A DNA stretch of 64,000 bases, taken from Rhodanobacter sp. (GTDB taxonomy: Bacteria; Pseudomonadota; Gammaproteobacteria; Xanthomonadales; Rhodanobacteraceae). The notes beneath the pieces were generated by a model. That model made no database searches, was not told the origin of the DNA, and worked only from the letters and a program-made list of their open reading frames with translations. The DNA is taken from positions 13,798 through 77,797 of the forward strand of contig JBAZRB010000021.1 of NCBI GenBank assembly GCA_041663105.1. The letters are read 5' to 3'. The position numbers and the translations under genes were made by a program. Shown here piece after piece: positions 41,770-52,299 of this stretch; the first letter of the stretch is position 1; each line of letters starts with the position of its first letter.

Positions 41770-43262
41770 AGGAACTCACGATGAAGCACGTATGGCGTTG
41801 CACTCGCAACGCGCTGGCTTCGGCGACGCTGTTGATGCTGGCGGCCTGCGTCGGCGCACCTGCGAAACTCGCGCAACCGGCACTGCGTGATGAAGCACCA
41901 CTCGCTGGATTGCAGGCACCTGAGCGTGCCGGCTGGCCCGCGGCCCAGTGGTGGCAGCAGTACAACGACCCTCAGCTCAATGAGCTGGTGGAGCGCGCGT
42001 TGCAGCAGTCGCCGGATCTGGCACTGGCGCAAAGCCGGGTGCAAAACGCCCGCGAATCCGCCCGTCTTGCCGCAGCGCAGCTGGGCCTCTCGCTCAATGG
42101 CAGCGTCCAGGTCGCGCGCCAGCGTCTGAGCAACCATGGCCTGATTCCAAGCCAGTTCCTGGGCTTCAGCTGGTACAACCAGGCCGACCTGGGCGTGCAA
42201 CTGCAATACGACTTTGACTGGTGGGGAAAGAAGCGGGCCACCATGGCGGCCGCCCTTGACCAGGCTCGCGCAGCCGAGGCTCAGCACAGCGCTGCTGCGC
42301 TGGCCATCGAATATGCCGTGGCCGATACCTACTTCGGCTGGCAGGCTGACCAGGACCGGCTGAAAATTGCCGATCAGTTGCTCGCCACCCAGCAAGAACT
42401 TTCCGCGATTGCCGGGTTGCGCGTAAAGCAGGGCGTGGACCTTCCTGACGAAGCACAGCGGGCCCGCGCACAGATCGCCGCCGTGCGCGAGATGCGCGTG
42501 GCCATCGACGGCTCGGCGAGCATCCGCCGGGTCACCCTCGCCTCGCTGCTTGGCATCGCGCCGGCGCAACTGCCACCCTTGCAGCCACGTCCTCTGCCGG
42601 CCGTGGACGGCGGGCTGCCGCCTGGCGCGAGCATGGACCTGATCGCACGCCGCCCGGATATCGCTGCCAGCCGCTGGCAGGTCGAGGCGGCACTCAGGAA
42701 CACCGATGCTGCCCGCGGTGAATTCTTCCCCGACCTCAGCATCAGCGCCCTGGCGGGACTTTCCAGCATTGATCTCGGCAAACTGATGACCACAGGAAGT
42801 CGCACCTTCGCCGTGACCCCCGCCTTGAACCTGCCGATTTTCAACAGCGGTTCGCTGCGGGCCAACTATGGCGTGAGCAAGGCGCAGCTCGATGCGGCGG
42901 TGGCGCAGTACGACAGCACCGTACTTGCTGCGGCGCGCGAAGTGGCGACCCAGGTCCTCAGCGCCGAACAACTCGTTGCCCGTCGCCACGAGCAACAGAT
43001 CCAGCTCGACGCTGACCTGCAATTGCTGGCCAGCGCACAAGCCCGCGTCCGCCAGGGCGTGCGTGATGCCCGCGAGAGCCTCGCTGCGCAGGCACAACTG
43101 CTGCAGCAACGTGATGCGGCTGCGCAGTTGCAGGCACAGGCGCTGAGCGTGGACCTGAACCTGATCAAGGCGCTCGGCGGCGGTTATCAAACACCCGAAC
43201 CGAGCCCCGCATCCCCTTCCACTACTGCCACCGCCGGAGCCGCCAACCATGAGCGCCACTGA
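41766..43262 (+). CDS. Efflux outer-membrane factor lipoprotein (NodT family)
   Basis: Lipobox LMLAAC, two OEP repeats. Confidence 0.88.
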   Translation: MKELTMKHVWRCTRNALASATLLMLAACVGAPAKLAQPALRDEAPLAGLQAPERAGWPAAQWWQQYNDPQLNELVERALQQSPDLALAQSRVQNARESARLAAAQLGLSLNGSVQVARQRLSNHGLIPSQFLGFSWYNQADLGVQLQYDFDWWGKKRATMAAALDQARAAEAQHSAAALAIEYAVADTYFGWQADQDRLKIADQLLATQQELSAIAGLRVKQGVDLPDEAQRARAQIAAVREMRVAIDGSASIRRVTLASLLGIAPAQLPPLQPRPLPAVDGGLPPGASMDLIARRPDIAASRWQVEAALRNTDAARGEFFPDLSISALAGLSSIDLGKLMTTGSRTFAVTPALNLPIFNSGSLRANYGVSKAQLDAAVAQYDSTVLAAAREVATQVLSAEQLVARRHEQQIQLDADLQLLASAQARVRQGVRDARESLAAQAQLLQQRDAAAQLQAQALSVDLNLIKALGGGYQTPEPSPASPSTTATAGAANHERH

Positions 43263-44451
43263 TTCAAGCACGCCGCCCGTGGACGCCAACGACAGCGGCA
43301 TGGCCGCCAAACAACCGGCCAAACGCCGTCGGGCCCTGCTGATCGTGGGCAGTGTGTTCGTTCTCGGCGGGCTGATCTGGTTTCTGTTGTGGACGCTCGT
43401 GTTCTCCACCCGCGAGAAGACCGACAACGCGTATGTCGGCGGCAACCAGGTGGCGATCTCGGCCCAGGTGCCAGGCACGGTGGTGGCGATCCTCGCCGAC
43501 GACACCCAACACGTCGATGCGGGCCAGGTGCTGGTGAAGCTCGACGACACCGACGCGAAGGTGCACCTGGAACAGGCTCGCAGCGCGCTGGCGCAGGCTG
43601 TGCGTGGCGTGCGCCAGCAGACCAGCTCGGCCAGCGGTGCCGACGCTCAGGTGGCCGCCAGCCACATCGCGCTGGACAAGGCCGACGCCGACCTGAAGCG
43701 TCATCTGCCCCTGCTCGCTGCACATGCGGAATCACCGGAGATCGTGCAGCATCTGCGCGACGCCGTGGCGCAAGCCCGCGCTGCCATGGTTGCTGCCGAG
43801 GCGCAGGCCAGCGCTGCCCATGCCGCGATCGAAGGTACCGACATCGCGCAGAATCCCGCCGTCATGCAGGCCCGCGCCAACTTCAGCGCGGCATGGATTG
43901 CCGCCCGGCGCAACACGATCTACGCCCCCGTATCGGGCTATGTGGCGCAACGCAGCGTGCAACTGGGCAACAGCGTGCAACCCGGCCAGCAACTGATGAC
44001 CGTGATCCCGTTGCACAACCTCTGGATCGACGCCAACTTCAAGGAAAGCCAGCTGCGCCACATCCGCATCGGGCAGCCGGCCACCATCGTTTCCGACCTT
44101 TACGGTAGTGACGTTGACTATCAGGGAAAGGTCATCGGCATTGGTGCCGGTACCGGCAGCGTGTTCTCCCTGCTGCCGGCGCAGAACGCCACCGGCAACT
44201 GGATCAAGGTAGTGCAGCGGGTCACCGTGCGCATTGCGCTTGACGACAAGGAACTCGACCAGCACCCGCTCAGGGTTGGCTTGTCCGCCGATGCCACGAT
44301 CGATATCCGTGACGACAAGGGCGGCGTGCTGAGCGCGACCAAGGAGCATCCGGTGGTGGCACAAACCGACGTCTACGAGCAGATGGCCAGCAAGGCCGAC
44401 GCCGAAGCCATGCAGATCATCCGCGCCAATCTTGCGCACGCCGGCAAGTGA
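43249..44451 (+). CDS. emrA: HlyD-family membrane fusion protein EmrA
   Basis: TDNAYVGGNQVAISAQVPG and IYAPVSGYVAQRSVQLG are typical of EmrA. Confidence 0.9.
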   Translation: MSATDSSTPPVDANDSGMAAKQPAKRRRALLIVGSVFVLGGLIWFLLWTLVFSTREKTDNAYVGGNQVAISAQVPGTVVAILADDTQHVDAGQVLVKLDDTDAKVHLEQARSALAQAVRGVRQQTSSASGADAQVAASHIALDKADADLKRHLPLLAAHAESPEIVQHLRDAVAQARAAMVAAEAQASAAHAAIEGTDIAQNPAVMQARANFSAAWIAARRNTIYAPVSGYVAQRSVQLGNSVQPGQQLMTVIPLHNLWIDANFKESQLRHIRIGQPATIVSDLYGSDVDYQGKVIGIGAGTGSVFSLLPAQNATGNWIKVVQRVTVRIALDDKELDQHPLRVGLSADATIDIRDDKGGVLSATKEHPVVAQTDVYEQMASKADAEAMQIIRANLAHAGK

Positions 44452-44465
44452 ACTGAGACCTGACG

Positions 44466-46019
44466 ATGGCTGCCACGCCCGATGACGTTGCCCCGCTCAA
44501 ACCCATGCACGGCGGCCCGCTGGCCCTGCTGACGATCGCGGTTGCGTTCAGCACCTTCATGGAAGTGCTGGACATGACGATCGTCAACGTCGCCGTTCCG
44601 CATATTGCCGGCAGCCTGGGCGTGAGCCCCAGCGAGGGTACCTGGACGATCAGCTCCTATGCGCTGGCCAGCGCCATCATGCAGCCGCTGACCGGCTGGC
44701 TGGCGCGTCGCTTCGGCGAGGTGAAGACCTTCGTCGTCTCGGTACTGCTGTTCGTGGTGTTCTCGATGCTGTGCGGACTGGCCACCAGCATGCCGATGCT
44801 GGTGATCGGGCGCCTGCTGCAGGGCGCCGGCTCCGGGCCGATGGTCGCCTTGTCGCTGACCCTGCTGCTGTCGAACTATCCAAGGGAAAAACAGGGCATC
44901 GCGCTGGCGCTATGGGCCATGACCGTCGTGGTGGCACCGATCTTCGGGCCGATCCTCGGTGGCTGGCTGACCGACAATTTCAGCTGGCCCTGGATCTTCT
45001 ACATCAACGTTCCCGTCGGCCTGGCCGCGGCCGTCGTCACCTGGGTACTTTTGCGCAAGCGCGAAACCAGGACCGCCAGGACACCGATCGACATGGTTGG
45101 CCTGGGTTTGCTGGTGGTGGGTGTGGGCGCGCTGCAGTTCATGCTGGACAATGGCAACGACCACGACTGGTTCTCCTCGCCGATGATCCTGACCCTGGGT
45201 CTGGTCGCCCTGATCTGCATCACCTTCCTGATCGTGTGGGAACTGCACGCCAAGCATCCGGTGGTCGACCTGTCGCTGTTCAAGCAGCGCAATTTCACGG
45301 TCGGCGTGATCAGCCTGTCGCTGGGCATGTTCGCGTTTTTCGGCATCAACGTGGTGTTTCCGCTGTGGCTTCAGCTCACGCTGGGCTACACCGCTACCTG
45401 GGCTGGGCTGGCCACCGCGCCGGTCGGCATCCTGGCGTTCCTGATTGCACCGATCCTGGGTAAAAACATGCACCGGCTCGATCTGCGCGCGGTGGTGACG
45501 TTCGCTTTCCTGGTGTTCGCCGGAACGGCGTACTGGTTCTCCACCTTCGACAGCAGCGCATCATTCTCCAGCCTGATCGTGCCGCGCTTCGTGATGGGCC
45601 TGGCGATTCCGTGCTTCTTCATTCCGCTGAACCAGGTCTATCTTTCAGGCCTTCCGGTGGACCAGATCGCCAGCGCATCGGGCCTTTCCAACTTCTGCCG
45701 CACCATGGGATCAAGCGTATCGACCGCGCTCATGGTGACCCTGTGGCAGCACCGGGGTGAACAGCACCATGCCACGCTCACCGAAAACATCACGGCAGCG
45801 CATCCGGCGACCACCCAGTTCCTGCAGCAATTGACCCATGACGGCATGTCGCGTAGTCAGGGCCTGGGCGTGATCGACCAGCTGCTTACCAGGGAATCAC
45901 TGACTCTGGCGGTCAACGACGTATTCCTGGCCTGTTCGATTCTGTTCGTCATGTTGATTCCGGTATTGTGGTTTGCACGCCCGCCCTTTGGCAGTGCGGG
46001 CCGGGCTGGTGGCCACTGA
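44466..46019 (+). CDS. emrB: DHA2-family MFS multidrug efflux pump EmrB
   Basis: 14-TM MFS. FMEVLDMTIVNVAVPHIAG N-terminus. Confidence 0.92.
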   Translation: MAATPDDVAPLKPMHGGPLALLTIAVAFSTFMEVLDMTIVNVAVPHIAGSLGVSPSEGTWTISSYALASAIMQPLTGWLARRFGEVKTFVVSVLLFVVFSMLCGLATSMPMLVIGRLLQGAGSGPMVALSLTLLLSNYPREKQGIALALWAMTVVVAPIFGPILGGWLTDNFSWPWIFYINVPVGLAAAVVTWVLLRKRETRTARTPIDMVGLGLLVVGVGALQFMLDNGNDHDWFSSPMILTLGLVALICITFLIVWELHAKHPVVDLSLFKQRNFTVGVISLSLGMFAFFGINVVFPLWLQLTLGYTATWAGLATAPVGILAFLIAPILGKNMHRLDLRAVVTFAFLVFAGTAYWFSTFDSSASFSSLIVPRFVMGLAIPCFFIPLNQVYLSGLPVDQIASASGLSNFCRTMGSSVSTALMVTLWQHRGEQHHATLTENITAAHPATTQFLQQLTHDGMSRSQGLGVIDQLLTRESLTLAVNDVFLACSILFVMLIPVLWFARPPFGSAGRAGGH

Positions 46020-46098
46020 ATTGCTGCACCTTGCCCGCCGCAGCATTCGTCATGCCCCCGGCTGGTGCAGCGCAATATCTTCTGCTAGCTTGTGCGAC

Positions 46099-46593
46099 AT
46101 GGCACAAACCAAACGCACCATCAAGAAGTACCCGAACCGTCGTCTGTACGACACGGAAATCTCCAGCTACATCACGCTGGAGGAAGTCCGCCAGCTGGTG
46201 ATGGACAACGAGGACTTCGAAGTTCGCGACGCCAAGAGCGGTGAAGATCTCACCCGCGCGGTACTACTGCAGATCATCTCCGAGCATGAGGACAAGGGTC
46301 AGCCCATGCTCTCGCCGCAGTTGCTGAGCCAGATCATCCGTTTCTACGGTGATTCGCTGCAGGGCTTCATGGGACCTTACCTGGAACGCAGCCTGCAGGT
46401 GTTCCTGGATCAGCAGACCCAGTTCCGCAGCCAGCTCAACAGCCTGATGGGGCAGACCCCATGGAACACGCTGAATGACCTGACCGAGCGCAACATGGCC
46501 GCGTTTCAGGCCATGCAGCGCGGCCTGATGGACACGGCCGCAAAAGTGATGCCCACGCCGGGTAACACCCGCGGCGACAAGAAGTCCGGCTAA
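46099..46593 (+). CDS. phaR: Polyhydroxyalkanoate synthesis repressor
   Basis: IKKYPNRRLYDTEISSYITLEEV signature N-terminus. Confidence 0.9.
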   Translation: MAQTKRTIKKYPNRRLYDTEISSYITLEEVRQLVMDNEDFEVRDAKSGEDLTRAVLLQIISEHEDKGQPMLSPQLLSQIIRFYGDSLQGFMGPYLERSLQVFLDQQTQFRSQLNSLMGQTPWNTLNDLTERNMAAFQAMQRGLMDTAAKVMPTPGNTRGDKKSG

Positions 46594-46602
46594 GCCTGAC
46601 GT

Positions 46603-46632
46603 CTGCGGCGGTGCGATATCTCGCACCCGCAG
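46603..46632 (+). terminator. GC-rich stem-loop after phaR (a second one at about 46651-46680)
   Basis: ctgcggcggtgcga-tatc-tcgcacccgcag. No strong U-tract. Confidence 0.35.
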
Positions 46633-46707
46633 CATCCCCTATCTCCGACCGCCGCAGGACAGCATTTGCTGTCCCGCGGCATGTCCACGCCTGAAGACCG
46701 ACCATCC

Positions 46708-47469
46708 ATGAAGCAAACCGAAAATTCCAGACGCATCGCCCTGGTCACCGGCGGCATCGGCGGCCTCGGCTCGGAGATCTGCCGTCAACTGGCAAGCGCC
46801 GGCTGCCACGTCATCGCGCTGGATCTCGCCGCACGCGCCGAGCGTGTGCAGGGTTTCCGCAGCGACATGGCTGATCTCGAAGGTGCCGTCGAGTTCGAGC
46901 CAGCGGACGTCAGCGACTTCGAGCAGTGCCGGCAAGTGATCAGCCGTATCGAGCAGCAGCACGGCCGCATCGATGTGCTGGTCAACGCGGCCGGCATTAC
47001 CCGCGATACCAGCTTGCGCAAGATGTCCTCGCAGCAGTGGCACGAGCTGATGCGGGTGAACCTCGACGGCGTATTCAACATGTGTCGCCACGTGGTCGAC
47101 GGCATGACCAGCCGCGGCTTCGGCCGCATCGTCAACATCAGTTCGGTGAACGGCCAGACCGGTCAGTTCGGCCAGACCAACTACTCCGCCGCCAAAGCCG
47201 GCGTACACGGTTTCAGCATGGCCCTGGCTCGCGAGACCGCACGCAAGGGCGTCACCGTCAACACCGTCTCCCCAGGCTACTGCGACACGCCGATGGTGGC
47301 TGCCGTTTCGGCCGAGATACGCGAACAGATCATCGCCGACATCCCGGTGGGTCGCCTCGGCACGCCCGGCGACATCGCCCGCGCGGTCAGCTTTCTGGCC
47401 GCCGACGACGCCGGCTACCTCACCGGGATCAACCTGCCGGTCAACGGCGGCTATTTCATGAGCTTCTGA
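46708..47469 (+). CDS. phaB: Acetoacetyl-CoA reductase (SDR)
   Basis: VTGGIGGLG, NYSAAKAG; sits next to phaR. Confidence 0.88.
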   Translation: MKQTENSRRIALVTGGIGGLGSEICRQLASAGCHVIALDLAARAERVQGFRSDMADLEGAVEFEPADVSDFEQCRQVISRIEQQHGRIDVLVNAAGITRDTSLRKMSSQQWHELMRVNLDGVFNMCRHVVDGMTSRGFGRIVNISSVNGQTGQFGQTNYSAAKAGVHGFSMALARETARKGVTVNTVSPGYCDTPMVAAVSAEIREQIIADIPVGRLGTPGDIARAVSFLAADDAGYLTGINLPVNGGYFMSF

Positions 47470-47593
47470 GTGCCGGGCATCAGGTCGCCATCCGGCACGC
47501 GGCGCGAACGCTCGCCGCGGCAGCATGGTCGAGCGAATGCCGTGTACATGGCGCCCTGATTCCGACTAGGCTCTCCCCTACGCCGGGGGACGC

Positions 47594-48943
47594 ATGAGCA
47601 CAGCAATCATCGATCAATCGCGCCGGTTCTTTGGCCAGCCGATGGCCCTGGCCTACCTGAGTTTCACCGAAGCGTGGGAACGTTTTTCCTACTACGGCAT
47701 GACCGCGATCCTGATGCTCTACATGAGCCAGGCGCTGCTGCTGCCGGGCCATGTCGAGCATATTGCGGGCTTCACGGCATTCCGTTCCGCGCTGGAGTCG
47801 GTGTTCGGACCGATGACCACCCTGGCGCTGGCCTCGCAGATTCTGGGGCTGTATACCGGCCTGGTCTACTTCACCCCGGTACTGGGCGGCTGGGTCGCCG
47901 ATCGGTGGGTGGGACGTCGGCTGGCGGTGATGATCGGTGCGGTGTTGATGAGCGCAGGCCATCTGGCAATGGCGTTCGATGCCTCGTTCCTGCTCGCGCT
48001 GCTGCTGCTGATCGTCGGCTGCGGCCTGCTCAAGGGCAACATCTCGACCCAGGTCGGCGAGCTCTATGCCGAGACAGACGGCGACGGACGTACCCGCGCG
48101 TTCGCGATCTTCTCGATCGGCATCAATGTGGGCGCCGTGGTCGGACCACTGCTGTGCGGACTGCTGGCCCAGCTTTATGGCTGGCACGCTGGTTTCGGTC
48201 TGGCCGGGGTGCTGATGCTGATTGGCCTGCTGACCTATATCGCCGGCTTCCGATACCTGCCGCGGGACCGCCCCCGGGCGATTGCGAAGCCCAGGATGGC
48301 GCCGCTTGATCGTCGCCAGTGGCGCGTCGTCGGCGCGCTGGCCGTGGTATCCGCCATCACGATCTTCCAGAGCATCGGCTATTACCAGAACACCAACCTG
48401 GCATTGATCTGGATCAGTCGCAGCGTCAACCTGAGCTTGCTCGGCTTCCACGTACCGGTCGCCTGGTTCAACTCGATCGACCCGCTGGCCAGCATCCTGG
48501 GTGTGCCCTTGCTGTTCGCGTTGTGGCGACGCCAGGCGATGCGCGGAACCGAGCCGGACGACCTGGGCAAGATCGCCATGGGTGCCTGGCTGACGGCGAC
48601 GGCCAACCTGCTGCTGGTCGGCGCCTGCCTGGTCAGCGCGCGCACGTCGCCGCTGGTGCCGCTGTGCTACGACATCCTGCTCGGCATCGGCTTCCTGTAT
48701 TACTGGCCTACCCTGCTCGCTCTGGTGTCGCGTGCCGCGCCAGCGTCGGTGAAGGCGACGATGATGGGGGCCGTGTTCCTGACCCTGTTCGTGGGCAACA
48801 CGATCATCGGCTGGCTGGGCGGCTTCTACGAGCACATGACCCCCGCCGCCTTCTGGGCCATGCATGCAGGCATCGCGGCCATAGGCGGCGTGCTGGCGAG
48901 TGTGCTGAAACGCCCCTTGAAGCAGGCGTTGGCAATCGATTGA
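47594..48943 (+). CDS. POT/PTR2-family di-/tripeptide:proton symporter
   Basis: ERFSYYGM signature, 12-14 TM. Confidence 0.88.
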   Translation: MSTAIIDQSRRFFGQPMALAYLSFTEAWERFSYYGMTAILMLYMSQALLLPGHVEHIAGFTAFRSALESVFGPMTTLALASQILGLYTGLVYFTPVLGGWVADRWVGRRLAVMIGAVLMSAGHLAMAFDASFLLALLLLIVGCGLLKGNISTQVGELYAETDGDGRTRAFAIFSIGINVGAVVGPLLCGLLAQLYGWHAGFGLAGVLMLIGLLTYIAGFRYLPRDRPRAIAKPRMAPLDRRQWRVVGALAVVSAITIFQSIGYYQNTNLALIWISRSVNLSLLGFHVPVAWFNSIDPLASILGVPLLFALWRRQAMRGTEPDDLGKIAMGAWLTATANLLLVGACLVSARTSPLVPLCYDILLGIGFLYYWPTLLALVSRAAPASVKATMMGAVFLTLFVGNTIIGWLGGFYEHMTPAAFWAMHAGIAAIGGVLASVLKRPLKQALAID

Positions 48944-49102
48944 TCGACTGAATCGAAGGCACTTGGCGCACGCCAGCCATGTGGCCGCTCGCCATCGAGG
49001 CATGCATGGGCGGCGCTACCCTGTTGCTGCAGCGTGCCGGCGGGATTGCAGTTGGGCGCCGCTTGCGGAACAGTGAGCGGATTCCTCTTCCCGGATCGCA
49101 GC

Positions 49103-50506
49103 ATGGCGCAGCAACCCATCACCCTCATTGGCGGCGGCCTGGTCGGCGCACTGCTGGCGCTGCAGCTGGCACAGCGTGGCTTTGCGGTCGAGGTCTACGA
49201 GAAGCGACCCGATCCGCGGCGAGCGGGCTTCCTTGGGGGGCGCTCGATCAACCTGGCGCTGGCCGAGCGGGGCCTGCAGGCCTTGCGCATGGCCGGGCTT
49301 GCCGACGATGTGTTGCAGCGCGCCGTGATGATGCGCGGGCGCATGGTGCATGATCGTGAGGGCAGCAGCGGCCTGCAGCGTTACGGCGTGGACGACAGCG
49401 AGGTGATCTGGTCGGTTTCGCGCGGCGCGCTGAATATCCTCCTGCTGGACGCGGCCGAAGCAGCAGGCGTGCAACTCCATTTCGGACAAGGGCTGGTCGC
49501 CGCCGATTTCGTCGCGCATCGCATCCGCCTTGCCGGCAACGACGGCGTCGAACGCGACAAGCAGGTCGGCCTGCTGATCGGCGCCGATGGCGCCGGCTCG
49601 GCGCTGCGGGCTGCCATGCACGCGCATACCCCGCTGGGCGAGCGCGTCGAATCGCTCGGCCATGGCTACAAGGAGCTGGAGATCCCGGCCGCCGGCGAAC
49701 TCCCGGCAGCCGTGCGGCAACTCAGCGGCGGTCACGACCAGTACGCACTGGAACCGCATGCCCTGCATATCTGGCCGCGCGGCGGCTATATGTGCATTGC
49801 GCTGCCGAACACCGAGGGCAGCTTCACGGTGACCCTGTTTCTGCCCGGCCAGGGAGCCGCCCCCAGCTTTGCCACCCTGCCCGACGCGCATGCCGCCGCC
49901 GTGTTCTTCAACGAACAGTTTCCGGGGCTGCTGCCGCTGATTCCGCGTTTCGATGAGGAATGGGACAGCAACCCGGTCGGCAGCCTGTCCACGCTCTATC
50001 TCGAGCGTTGGCATGTGGACGGGCACGCCCTGCTGATTGGCGACGCCGCACACGCCATCGTGCCTTTCCACGGCCAGGGCATGAATTGCGGCTTCGAGGA
50101 CACCATGGTGCTGGCCAACCTGCTGGCGGCCGCCCCGGACGACAGCGCCGACGTGTTCGCCGAGTTCCAGCGCGTGCGACAGCCAGACACCAACGCCATC
50201 GCCTGCATGGCGCTGGAAAACTATGTCGAGATGCGCGACTCTGTGGCTGACCCGCATTACCTGGCCAAACGTGAACTCGGCGGCCTGCTGGCGGCCCGGA
50301 TCCCCGCTTACTACATGGCGCGCTACCGCATGGTGACCTTCACCCATCTACCGTATGACTACGCGCTCCAGCGTGGTCGTGCGCAGGACCAGTTGCTGGA
50401 ACAACTGCTGCAAGCCACGGCGAATGTGTCGGACATCGACATCGACGCCGCGGCACGGTTGTTCCTGTCGAAGCTGCCGCCATTGCCGCCTCTTCGCCAT
50501 GGATGA
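49103..50506 (+). CDS. kmo: Kynurenine 3-monooxygenase
   Basis: GGGLVGALLA FAD fold, GRSINLALAERG, MMRGRMVH, GDAAHAIVPFHGQGMNCGFED. Closely parallels Pseudomonas KMO as I remember it. Confidence 0.88.
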   Translation: MAQQPITLIGGGLVGALLALQLAQRGFAVEVYEKRPDPRRAGFLGGRSINLALAERGLQALRMAGLADDVLQRAVMMRGRMVHDREGSSGLQRYGVDDSEVIWSVSRGALNILLLDAAEAAGVQLHFGQGLVAADFVAHRIRLAGNDGVERDKQVGLLIGADGAGSALRAAMHAHTPLGERVESLGHGYKELEIPAAGELPAAVRQLSGGHDQYALEPHALHIWPRGGYMCIALPNTEGSFTVTLFLPGQGAAPSFATLPDAHAAAVFFNEQFPGLLPLIPRFDEEWDSNPVGSLSTLYLERWHVDGHALLIGDAAHAIVPFHGQGMNCGFEDTMVLANLLAAAPDDSADVFAEFQRVRQPDTNAIACMALENYVEMRDSVADPHYLAKRELGGLLAARIPAYYMARYRMVTFTHLPYDYALQRGRAQDQLLEQLLQATANVSDIDIDAAARLFLSKLPPLPPLRHG

Positions 50507-50906
50507 CGCACTGCTTGAAGCATTCCGTGCCGCCGCCTACCACGTGAATCTCGACATGGTGGCCTGGGCCACGATACGGGTGGACCTGCCCTTGCCGGCG
50601 GACCTCGTGGAACTGGTCGGTTCACGTCCGTGGGCTTTCATCACCGCGTGGAATCCGCAGGCACGCCGCCGTCCACCCGCAGAAAACCTGGCCGCCCAGT
50701 CCAACCTGCTGGCCGCACTGCAGGCCCAGCCCGACGCTCTCGTGCGCCCGGCCATCGGCGTGGGCAGTTCGGGCTGGATCGAACCCAGCCTGTTCGTGGT
50801 CGGGCCCGATGTCGCCGAGCTGGACCAGCTGGCCAGCGCATACGGACAACTGGCCTATGTGCATGGCGAGGCCGGGAGTGCCGCGCTTCTGCGCGTGTTG
50901 GGGTAA
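50499..50906 (+). CDS. DUF3293-like protein
   Basis: 135 aa with FITAWNP motif. 8-nt overlap with kmo. Confidence 0.6.
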   Translation: MDDALLEAFRAAAYHVNLDMVAWATIRVDLPLPADLVELVGSRPWAFITAWNPQARRRPPAENLAAQSNLLAALQAQPDALVRPAIGVGSSGWIEPSLFVVGPDVAELDQLASAYGQLAYVHGEAGSAALLRVLG

Positions 50907-50968
50907 TCCTGCCCAGTGGCAGTACGCCGCATGGACAAGCATGCTCCGCATTGCGGACAATCAGGGAA

Positions 50969-51604
50969 ATGACCGCCACCCCCACTGCTGTGCTACTGCT
51001 TGAAGCGCAAGCCCTGAGCTTTCACCGCCAGGACGAAGCGGTGTTCGCACCGCTGGATTTCCAGTTGCATGCTGGCGAACTGGCCCTGATCGAGGGTGAC
51101 AATGGCAGCGGCAAGACCACCTTGCTGCGCATGCTGGCCGGTCTGCTGCATGTGGGCGCGGGCGAGCTGCGCTGGCGCGGAGCGCCGCTTCAGCGTGACA
51201 ACTGTGCCGGCGATATTCTGTTTCTTGGCCATCAACTGGGTCTCAAAGGCGATCTCAGCCCGCGCGAAAACCTGCGTTTCGTCGCAGGCCTGCACGGCAG
51301 TCGCGAGAGCATGGGTGCAGCCTCCGCGCTGGCAGCGATCGGCCTGCGCGGTTACGAGGACGAACCCGTGCGGCGACTTTCCGCCGGACAGAAGAAGCGC
51401 GCCGCGCTGGCCCGACTGCTGCTGCTGCCCGCCAGCCTGTGGCTGCTCGACGAGCCCTACGCCAATCTCGACCGCACCGGCATCGCGCTGGTGAACCAGC
51501 TCCTCGAGACCCACACTGCCGCCGGCGGTGCCGCGCTGGTGACCAGCCATGGCGCAGTGAGTTTTCACGGTGGCGAGCCGCGCCACATCCGGATGCACGC
51601 GTGA
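50969..51604 (+). CDS. ccmA: Heme exporter ATP-binding protein
   Basis: GDNGSGKTTLLR, LSAGQKKR, LLDEP. Confidence 0.9.
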   Translation: MTATPTAVLLLEAQALSFHRQDEAVFAPLDFQLHAGELALIEGDNGSGKTTLLRMLAGLLHVGAGELRWRGAPLQRDNCAGDILFLGHQLGLKGDLSPRENLRFVAGLHGSRESMGAASALAAIGLRGYEDEPVRRLSAGQKKRAALARLLLLPASLWLLDEPYANLDRTGIALVNQLLETHTAAGGAALVTSHGAVSFHGGEPRHIRMHA

Positions 51605-52287
51605 ATCGTCCGGGCCTGCTCAGTGCATGCAAGGCCATGCTGCAGCGCGACCTCACCCTGGCCTGGCGCCGTCGCAGCGATATTGCGATGCCGGTACTGT
51701 ACGCACTGATCGTCACCATGCTCTTCCCCTTCGCGCTGGGTCCGGAGGACACCCTGCTGCAGCGCATCGCCGGCGGCGTCATCCTGGTTACCGTGCTGCT
51801 GGCCATGCTGCTGGCGCTGGATGCGATGTTCTCCAGCGACATCGACGACGGCTCACTGGAACAACTCGTGCTTGCTCCGCAGCCGCTGGCCGTCATGCTG
51901 GCCATGAAGATTCTCGCCCACTGGCTCACGACGGCACTGCCGCTGATCGTGATCACCCCGCTGCTGGCGGCGATGCTGCATCTGCCTGCAAGCGTGATTC
52001 CGGTTCTGCTGCTTGCGCTACTGCTGTCCACGCCATTGCTCAGTCTATTCGGTGCGGTACTGGTTGCGCTGACGGCCGGCACCCGGCGCTCTGGTATGCT
52101 GCTCGCCTTGATGCTGCTGCCCTTGTGCGTGCCGGCCCTGATCTTTGCGGCGGGTGCAGTGGCGGCGGCACAGCAAGGCTTGCCATGGATCGCGCCGATC
52201 AGCTGGCTGGCCGCGACCTTGGTGCTGACCTTGGTACTTGCGCCCCTGGCCTGTGCTGTCGCCCTTCGAATTGCCCTGGACTCCTGA
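51601..52287 (+). CDS. ccmB: Heme exporter permease
   Basis: GTGA overlap. 6-TM CcmB family (DIDDGSLEQL). Confidence 0.88.
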   Translation: MNRPGLLSACKAMLQRDLTLAWRRRSDIAMPVLYALIVTMLFPFALGPEDTLLQRIAGGVILVTVLLAMLLALDAMFSSDIDDGSLEQLVLAPQPLAVMLAMKILAHWLTTALPLIVITPLLAAMLHLPASVIPVLLLALLLSTPLLSLFGAVLVALTAGTRRSGMLLALMLLPLCVPALIFAAGAVAAAQQGLPWIAPISWLAATLVLTLVLAPLACAVALRIALDS

Positions 52288-52299
52288 GCCCTATTTCTC

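Noticed and set aside
41616-43550. 644-aa minus-strand ORF
   Set aside because: Antisense to the efflux OMF/EmrA genes. Shadow ORF.
47480-50347. 507-aa and 443-aa minus-strand ORFs (47480..49003, 49016..50347)
   Set aside because: Antisense to the POT transporter and kmo. R/Q/H/A-rich with no recognisable domains.
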